Shown here: positions 57,789 through 64,000 of the stretch, in pieces | Layout of the letters: each line of letters opens with the position of its first letter | How positions within the stretch are numbered: position 1 is the first letter of the stretch | From: Elusimicrobiota bacterium | GTDB lineage: Bacteria; Elusimicrobiota; Elusimicrobia; Elusimicrobiales; UBA9959 | Length of the DNA stretch: 64,000 bases | Direction: 5' to 3' | Assembly: GCA_037137395.1 (NCBI GenBank) | Contig: JBAXKK010000001.1 | Span: 64,001-128,000 of the forward strand | Program-made: the position numbers and the translations under genes | Notes under the pieces: generated by a model | Told to the model about the DNA's origin: nothing | Database searches by the model: none | What the model saw: the letters and a program-made list of their open reading frames with translations, nothing else

Positions 57789-58631
57789 TTAGTGTTGTTT
57801 TTTTATGCTGCGCAGGTTGAACTTTTTCGCTATATCGGACACGTCTGGGTTGCCTTTAAGCATATTCATTATGCTTGGGTTGGACATAGCCATAGCCATA
57901 AGTTCCGGGTTGGATGTTACTAGTGCCCCAAGCGCGGAGGGGTCGTTCATAAGGGTTTTGCCGGCGGGGGTGTTCAGCAGGGCTGTGACAATGCCGCTGG
58001 TGGCCACGGCGCTGACGACCTGCGGATTTTTCAGAGCCGCCCGGACAACCGGACTATTCATGAAATTGGTCGGCCCGTCGCCTTTCAGAAAATTATTGAG
58101 GCCCTGTGTGCTTCCGGTAGCCGCTTTTACCGTGTTCCTTGCCATGAAGCCGTTGATTACGTATTTATTGCTGAAAAGCGCGTTTACGGCCTTAGGATTA
58201 TTCATGATCCTTCGCGCCGCGGCCTCCAGGAAGCCGCTGGTGAAGCCGATAGATCGCTGTTCCTGCGCCTTTATCGGGTCCGTTACGTCCTGTTTTCCCC
58301 GTCCCTGGCTCGCGGTTGAGGGCTGCTTCCCGGACGACGCCTTTTTCTGTTCACGCTCTTCGGTAATGATATTTTCGTTCTCAGTCTTGCTTGGCTTTGA
58401 TTTATATCGAACGCCCATGATGCCGTCGTTGAATTCAGGCCTGGCGGGCGCGGCCGTCTTGCGGATCTCGCCGTCCTCGGAGTTGAAGAGCGAATAGTCA
58501 TCTTGGGAAAGCTCAATATTACCGTTATTGGCCTTCTTCATCCACTGGAACGCGGGCCACGCGGCGAGGATGAAGACCGGGATCAGGTAGATCCAGAGGA
58601 CTGAACTTTTTTGTTTGTTTTCTTCTTCCAT
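57789..58631 (-). CDS. Single-TM hypothetical protein with Met-rich NP/DP (STI1-like) helical repeats
   Basis: TM near the N-terminus; C-terminal IMNNP, LKNP, LMNDP, TSNP, AMSNP and KGNP; likely start ATG 58631. Confidence 0.6.
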   Translation of the reverse strand: MEEENKQKSSVLWIYLIPVFILAAWPAFQWMKKANNGNIELSQDDYSLFNSEDGEIRKTAAPARPEFNDGIMGVRYKSKPSKTENENIITEEREQKKASSGKQPSTASQGRGKQDVTDPIKAQEQRSIGFTSGFLEAAARRIMNNPKAVNALFSNKYVINGFMARNTVKAATGSTQGLNNFLKGDGPTNFMNSPVVRAALKNPQVVSAVATSGIVTALLNTPAGKTLMNDPSALGALVTSNPELMAMAMSNPSIMNMLKGNPDVSDIAKKFNLRSIKKQH

Positions 58632-58789
58632 AAAAGCAGGTTCCGGGGACCGTAATTCAGTAAAGACATTAATAATATAACAATGGCGGCGCGCAATGTC
58701 AATGTGCAAATATTTTATGTTATAATTGCAGTTTATACCGCTCCTGCTGAAAAGCGGAAGTGCGGTCGGATCATAGATATGGAGGCTTA

Positions 58790-59530
58790 ATGACCAGAAA
58801 AGTGATTATTTGCGCGGCGTTGGCGCTGCTCGCGCCCTCAGTTAAGGCGGCTGACCAATTGTTGCCGGCGTTGCCCGGTATGGAGACTGCAATGTCCGCG
58901 CCGGCCGCGGAAGCCGATATCCAGAGGCCGGACTCTCAAAAGGTCCTGGCTGACCTAAGCGCCGACCTGCGCCTGAGCACCAAGCAGGAGCAGCGCATTA
59001 AATCGGCTGTGGACAAGAAGAGTAAAAATTTCGACAAGCTGTTCAAGGAATATGACAAGGCTTCCGCCGAAGAGAAAAAATGGCGGTTCAAGGTCAATGA
59101 GTTAAAATATGAGATGACCAGGATAAGCAAGGATCTGCCGGACGCGATCCGCGAGTTCCTGGATGACGACCAGCGCCAGACTTACGACGCTATGCTTGCC
59201 GCCAGAAAGAAGCCGGCAGAAGCTTCCGTCGACGCTTCAAAGCCCGTAAAGAAGCGGAAAGTTATAAAGAGAAAGAAAGCCAAAGCCGGCGGTGAATCCG
59301 CCGCCCCTCTTCCCACGGATATAGACGAGGAAGCGGGACAGGTAGTGGTTGACAAGGCCCCGGCCGCGGACCAGGCCGCGCCCCGAAAGAAGCGCGCGCT
59401 GAAGAAAAAGGCCGCCCCCGCAGTTCAGGAGCCGGTAGATGATATAATGGCTGATGAACCGGCTGGCGCCAAGCCCACCGGGAAGGAATCCCCGGCCGAA
59501 GCGGATGAAGACGCGGGATCGTACCCGTAA
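58790..59530 (+). CDS. Exported Spy/CpxP-like (LTxxQ) protein with a charged disordered tail
   Basis: GGAGG RBS before ATG 58790; signal peptide; LRLSTKQ and FLDDDQR motifs. Confidence 0.6.
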   Translation: MTRKVIICAALALLAPSVKAADQLLPALPGMETAMSAPAAEADIQRPDSQKVLADLSADLRLSTKQEQRIKSAVDKKSKNFDKLFKEYDKASAEEKKWRFKVNELKYEMTRISKDLPDAIREFLDDDQRQTYDAMLAARKKPAEASVDASKPVKKRKVIKRKKAKAGGESAAPLPTDIDEEAGQVVVDKAPAADQAAPRKKRALKKKAAPAVQEPVDDIMADEPAGAKPTGKESPAEADEDAGSYP

Positions 59531-59535
59531 TTGGG

Positions 59536-59567
59536 AAGTGGTTAGTGGACAGTGAATAGTGGTTAGT
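59536..59567. repeat. Single heptamer arm, 27 nt identical to 3732-3758
   Basis: AAGTGGTTAGTGGACAGTGAATAGTGG occurs at both sites. Confidence 0.8.
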
Positions 59568-59701
59568 CTCTGCCGCGCTCAGCCGGCTTTTTGGCTCAGA
59601 ACGCAAAGGGTGCGGATTTGCCGCGTGTTTATATGCGTTAAATTGCGGACCAGGGACGGGACTTCCAGACTGCCGCCGAGTGGTTTTACTAAGGATTAAA
59701 G

Positions 59702-62326
59702 ATGCGGTTATTGAACAAGCATTTCAGCCTGTGCCGGATATTCTCCGGCGGAGAAGGTTTGTTTTCGGGCGATAACTTCCCGGGCCGCCGCGGGTTCACG
59801 CTGGTGGAACTTATGATAGCGCTCGCTATCCTGACCATAGGCGTAGTCGGCATGATGGGCTCCTTCGAATATATACAAAAAACCGTGCAGCTTGCCAAAA
59901 ACAAAACGCTTGCTTCCAACCTGGCGCAGGAAAAGATGCAGATATTAAAGCAGAAGTCATACTACCAGGTAGTTGTGACTTCCAGCCCGGCCTATAATGT
60001 TGCTGATTTTGCGCCTGAGTTCGTGGAATACGATGAAGGCTACTTTCCTCCGGAGCAGATCATGGAGGCTGGCGTTACCTATACGCGCTATACCTATGTG
60101 CAGGGGATAAAAGAGGATTCTGGCGCGCTTGCAACGCTTGCGCCCAATATCGCGGATACAGGCATGAAGCGCATTACTATAACCGTGATGTGGGAGTCCG
60201 GAAGAGGTAAGAGAAAAGTGACAGTGCGCAGTATTCTGAGTAATCCGGACACTATAATAGCCAATGTCGTCTTTAACGGCGTAATCAGAACCACGTCTTC
60301 AGTGGCTATCGGCGGGGCTCTGGTTCAGGTGGTTGAGGCCTCAGGCTGCAGCGATACCACCAGCTCTTCAGGGCTATATAATATAATTACCACCCCCGGG
60401 ACTTATACTCTTATGGTTTCCGCCACCGGTTATTACACAGCAACGAAGAGCGTGGTTGTAGCGGCCGGCAACACCCAGACGAATAATTTCGATATGGCGA
60501 AGATCGGCTCCGGAAGAATTACCGGTTATCCCTGGCTTAACGATCATCTTGTAATCAGCCAAGTGGTCGGCAGCACTATTGACGTTTCCGTCACTCCCAA
60601 CTTTGATCAGGAGTATATTGAGGTCTTTAATCCGACCACCTTCACCTGGACCCTGGGCGGAAATATAGGTCTTAAATTCCAGCGCGCCTCTGATTCATCG
60701 GAGAAGACCATACAACTTAGTTATTACAACGACGAGATTCCAAGCCATGGTTACTACCTTTTCGCTAATACCGGCACCGTGGTCGCGGGCGGGGAGGTCG
60801 TGGACGCGGACGCCGTCTGGGCGCCCGGCAATCCGATTTCCAGCTTTCCTTATTTTGCGGCGCAAGGCAACATAGTCCCGGTTGACGGAGACGATGGAGT
60901 CATCCCCAGCAATGAGGGCGGCGGCGCCGTTAAGCTTTACATGATCTCGGATGGAACGGTGCTGGATAAGGTCGGCTGGAATAAAAGTTTACATCCAGCG
61001 CCGTTTTATGAAGGAGCCGCCATCATCCAGACCATCGGGCTTTCCCGCAACGAGGCTTATACCCGTTTCACAAGCACAAGCGATTTCAGCGGCGTAAATG
61101 CGAACTACGGCCCAGCGTATGATTCCAACAATAACAGCCTTGATTTTTACGATTACATGACCTTAGTGGATTCCCCTCCGCACGGTTCCTTTTCCGGAGT
61201 GAAGCCGGTGATATCGGGCACCCCGGCCGCGGGAGCCGTGATTTCCTGCGCTGACGGACTTTCCTCCTCTACCGAAGCCGTGATTTACGCTAATCCCTCC
61301 CCCAACGCGCAGTCCTACGCCTATTTTTCACTTGTGGATGTAGCCACCGGCTCCTGGACAACTCTTATTTCGAGCGGGATATACAGCCTGGAGCGGACTA
61401 CCGTTCCCGTGCCCTCCCCGGGTTCGGTTTACATTTTTGACAGTACTTCCACTTTTCTTACGCAAAGCAACAACCAGGGTATAGTCGCCGGCCGTGTTGT
61501 CAATGTGAGTGGCGCGGCGCTAAACGGAATAACTGTCACTTCAGGCGGCGCGACATCAACCAACACCGGCACCGACGGCCGCTACAGGTTAAGGGTAACC
61601 CCCGGCACGATGAATATAACTGCAAACCCGTCCGGCGGCTCCGCCACTTATGTGCAAGCCTCCTCCAATTCCATATCCGTTGACGCAGGGGAGATACATG
61701 GCGGGGTGGATTTTACGCTTTACCAGGGCGGCCGGGTGAGCGGAAAGGTTACCAGGGACGGCACTAACGGCCTGCCCGGAGTGGCCGTGGCCATATTTGA
61801 TGCCAACAGCGTCGCCAAAGACCAGCAGGTGAGCGGATCTGACGGGCGGTTTACTTCAGTGATACTGTCCACGGGGTATTATGTCGTTCAGCCGGAGATC
61901 GGCGCGCTTGAAGCCTCCAATCCCATCGCTTCCACGGTGACGATACTCGGAATGGGTTCCACCATGTTCTCATCCACTTTCACTATTACCGGAGCGCTGG
62001 GGGTTATAACCGGCGCTGTGACCGCCGGCGGTCAACCTATAAAGACAGGTGTGCTTATAGTTGTTACCACCACCACGCTTACCGGTTCGCCGCCTGAGCC
62101 GCCTGCTCTAAGTTCCGCGACGCTTACCGGGCCGCCGTTTTATATGGTTTCCAGTATGGAGAACGGCACCTACCAGGTGGAGGTACGCGACGGTTCATTG
62201 TACCGCGTTTACGCATATTATCCTTCGGTAGGCAGCGCCAGCGCCGTAATCTATTCATCCAGTACGGCGGCCACTGTTTCTGTTACCGCTGGCCAGACCG
62301 TTTCGGGGGTGAACTTTTCATGGTAG
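59702..62326 (+). CDS. Large type IV prepilin-like protein with carboxypeptidase-regulatory-like beta-sandwich repeats and a lamin-tail-like domain
   Basis: RRG|FTLVE prepilin site; repeated 'G.V...G..L.G..V....T..DG.Y...PG.Y' units; EYIEVFNPT; start uncertain. Confidence 0.8.
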   Translation: MRLLNKHFSLCRIFSGGEGLFSGDNFPGRRGFTLVELMIALAILTIGVVGMMGSFEYIQKTVQLAKNKTLASNLAQEKMQILKQKSYYQVVVTSSPAYNVADFAPEFVEYDEGYFPPEQIMEAGVTYTRYTYVQGIKEDSGALATLAPNIADTGMKRITITVMWESGRGKRKVTVRSILSNPDTIIANVVFNGVIRTTSSVAIGGALVQVVEASGCSDTTSSSGLYNIITTPGTYTLMVSATGYYTATKSVVVAAGNTQTNNFDMAKIGSGRITGYPWLNDHLVISQVVGSTIDVSVTPNFDQEYIEVFNPTTFTWTLGGNIGLKFQRASDSSEKTIQLSYYNDEIPSHGYYLFANTGTVVAGGEVVDADAVWAPGNPISSFPYFAAQGNIVPVDGDDGVIPSNEGGGAVKLYMISDGTVLDKVGWNKSLHPAPFYEGAAIIQTIGLSRNEAYTRFTSTSDFSGVNANYGPAYDSNNNSLDFYDYMTLVDSPPHGSFSGVKPVISGTPAAGAVISCADGLSSSTEAVIYANPSPNAQSYAYFSLVDVATGSWTTLISSGIYSLERTTVPVPSPGSVYIFDSTSTFLTQSNNQGIVAGRVVNVSGAALNGITVTSGGATSTNTGTDGRYRLRVTPGTMNITANPSGGSATYVQASSNSISVDAGEIHGGVDFTLYQGGRVSGKVTRDGTNGLPGVAVAIFDANSVAKDQQVSGSDGRFTSVILSTGYYVVQPEIGALEASNPIASTVTILGMGSTMFSSTFTITGALGVITGAVTAGGQPIKTGVLIVVTTTTLTGSPPEPPALSSATLTGPPFYMVSSMENGTYQVEVRDGSLYRVYAYYPSVGSASAVIYSSSTAATVSVTAGQTVSGVNFSW

Positions 62327-62829
62327 CCCGCCGGAAAGGCTTTACTCTGATGGAAATGATGGTGGTGATGGGCATAGTGTCAGCCCTGTTCGCCGTGGCC
62401 GCGCCGCTTCTTATGCAGGCCAACCGGCAGTTTATACTCGTGCGCACCAAGCTGGAGCTGCAGCAGGAGGCGCGTGGGATCATGTATGTTCTGACGCGCA
62501 ATCTGCGCCAGGCCCGGGCCGACACCATTACCATAAGCCAGGTCTCCGGCCAGCCTTTTTATTCCAAGATATCCTTCACCAAGCAGACGACCGCGGCCGG
62601 AGTTTCTTCAAGTCTGGTGTTTCAGCAGGAGGGAACGGTTTTATATCAGGTTATAGGCACAAGCAAGCGGGTGCTTAGCCGCAATCTGAATTACCTGGCT
62701 TTTACTTTTCCTCGGTCCGACGATATGGGTATAATTTCGGTTTCAATTACATTCAGGAAAAATATTTATGAGGGAAGAAACAAGGCCCTGCACATGGCTT
62801 CGGAAAAAGTGCGGATAATGAACGAGTGA
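62320..62829 (+). CDS. Type IV minor pilin/pseudopilin (PilW/PulJ-like)
   Basis: RKG|FTLMEMMVV; overlaps the upstream stop. Confidence 0.85.
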   Translation: MVARRKGFTLMEMMVVMGIVSALFAVAAPLLMQANRQFILVRTKLELQQEARGIMYVLTRNLRQARADTITISQVSGQPFYSKISFTKQTTAAGVSSSLVFQQEGTVLYQVIGTSKRVLSRNLNYLAFTFPRSDDMGIISVSITFRKNIYEGRNKALHMASEKVRIMNE

Positions 62830-62837
62830 GGTTTGAG

Positions 62838-64000
62838 ATGAAAAAAAGAAACGGGTTTCTGCTGGTGGGGGTGCTGTTCATTTTTATTTTTATGCTGATA
62901 ATAGTTCCCGTGATGGTGCGGTGGGTGCAGGACGACACGAAAGTTTCGGTGAAGGACCAGAAATCAACGCTGGCGTTCAATCTGGCGGAGGCGGCTGTTG
63001 ACCGCGGCTACTGGAAGGTTAAGAGTTCAACCGGCATTTACAATTCCGTGGCGCTGGGCAACGCCCTTACCGGCTATCATTTTGACTCCGTTTATACGGA
63101 TGTTCCCGGCGGAAGTTACCGGGTTAACATATCTTCGGGTCCGGGTGAGGACCAGATAACGATTCTCGGAGAAGGACGCGACTCCGGTAATAATGAAATA
63201 CGCACCGTCAAAGCTGTTTTTACCAATACCAGCGTGCCGGGCGCCATACTTTCAGCCGGCCAGTTGAACGCGAACGACATTGACAGTACCATACACTGGG
63301 GGCCCATTATGGCAAAGGGGGATATAGTGCTGGCCACCGGCTATCCCACATATCCGCGCAAGCTCTCAATGCAGACGGTTAAGCCCCGCGACTCCACAAA
63401 CGACACAAATCCCCCCAATACCGACAGTCTTGAATGGTGGTCAAACTACAATGTGCCTGACCTGCCGATATTTGACTTCAATACCATGAGATCCTCCGCC
63501 GCGCAGACCGGCACGCTCAATTGTAAGGACGCGTACCCCGAAACTTATACCAATATTTATAACCCCTGTACCGGCACAGCCTGCACCGACCCCGGCGGCA
63601 GTTGCTCATGTTCCAATACTACCACCGGCTCCGCTTGCGTTGACTCCGGCGGCAGTTGTTCATGCACGACCAAAGTCTGTTCCGGCAGCGGTTGTACAGA
63701 CCCCGGCGGCGGCTGCAGTTGTACGGGCAGCGGCGCCTCCAAGGTATGCACGGGCAACTCCTGCCCTGACCCCGGGGCCAACTGCGATTGTTCAAGGACC
63801 TGCACCGGCAACGGTTGTACGGACAGCGATGGTTCCGGTTCCAATTGTATTCTCAATAAGACCTGCACCGGCACCGGTTGCGCCGACAGCGACGGCGCTG
63901 GCGGCAGCTGCACTTGTACAGTCACGGTTGCTACCACCACGGCTACCACCGCTGTCATGCAATGCTGCCATTCCGATACATACGGCGGAGCAATCACCTG
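62838..64000 (+). CDS. PilX/PulK-like minor pilin with Cys-rich repeats, 3'-truncated by the window edge (not in the ORF track)
   Basis: MKKRNG|FLLVG lacks Glu5; AFNLAEAAV is the PilX N-terminal motif; frame is open to the window end. Confidence 0.8.
   Translation, partial: MKKRNGFLLVGVLFIFIFMLIIVPVMVRWVQDDTKVSVKDQKSTLAFNLAEAAVDRGYWKVKSSTGIYNSVALGNALTGYHFDSVYTDVPGGSYRVNISSGPGEDQITILGEGRDSGNNEIRTVKAVFTNTSVPGAILSAGQLNANDIDSTIHWGPIMAKGDIVLATGYPTYPRKLSMQTVKPRDSTNDTNPPNTDSLEWWSNYNVPDLPIFDFNTMRSSAAQTGTLNCKDAYPETYTNIYNPCTGTACTDPGGSCSCSNTTTGSACVDSGGSCSCTTKVCSGSGCTDPGGGCSCTGSGASKVCTGNSCPDPGANCDCSRTCTGNGCTDSDGSGSNCILNKTCTGTGCADSDGAGGSCTCTVTVATTTATTAVMQCCHSDTYGGAIT

Noticed and set aside
59580..59700. 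c-di-GMP-I riboswitch before the pilin locus (ACGCAAAG present)
   Set aside because: It lacks the GGYAAA start, the GNRA-capped P2 and the tetraloop receptor.
1..64000. Defence systems, prophage, integrase/transposase, tRNA or rRNA genes
   Set aside because: No ORF motif or RNA structure supporting these was found by inspection.

Overview
This is a gene-dense bacterial chromosomal window of moderately high GC content with about 55 CDSs. The gene content and style suggest Elusimicrobiota, but that is an inference. Core genes include ugd plus a UDP-glucuronate decarboxylase, gpmI, pyrB, glycerate kinase, a PGM/PMM, metK, serS, rimO, corA, and sucCD divergent from korAB. The window also holds secreted proteases (two clostripains, one subtilisin), GT2 and GT-C glycosyltransferases, an ECF sigma/anti-sigma unit and the start of a type IV pilin-like locus. 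I saw no tRNA, rRNA, CRISPR array, transposase or phage gene. The most interesting signals lie outside the ORF track. (1) A roughly 150-240 nt structured non-coding element occurs in three copies with compensatory base changes and variable-length internal hairpins, and one copy sits inside 20-bp terminal inverted repeats. (2) About twelve elements are built from 7-8-nt tandem repeats, mostly as inverted arms, and one has inserted in frame into the rimO TRAM domain. (3) An uncalled 27-aa Lys/Ala peptide gene has its own strong promoter, RBS and terminator. (4) A phased 16-bp palindromic operator-like motif precedes secreted-protein genes. (5) Unusual proteins include a probably inactive GH57 paired with a CBM48, a nucleotide-sugar-transporter-like DMT protein next to UDP-xylose genes, and a Cys-rich PilX-like protein.
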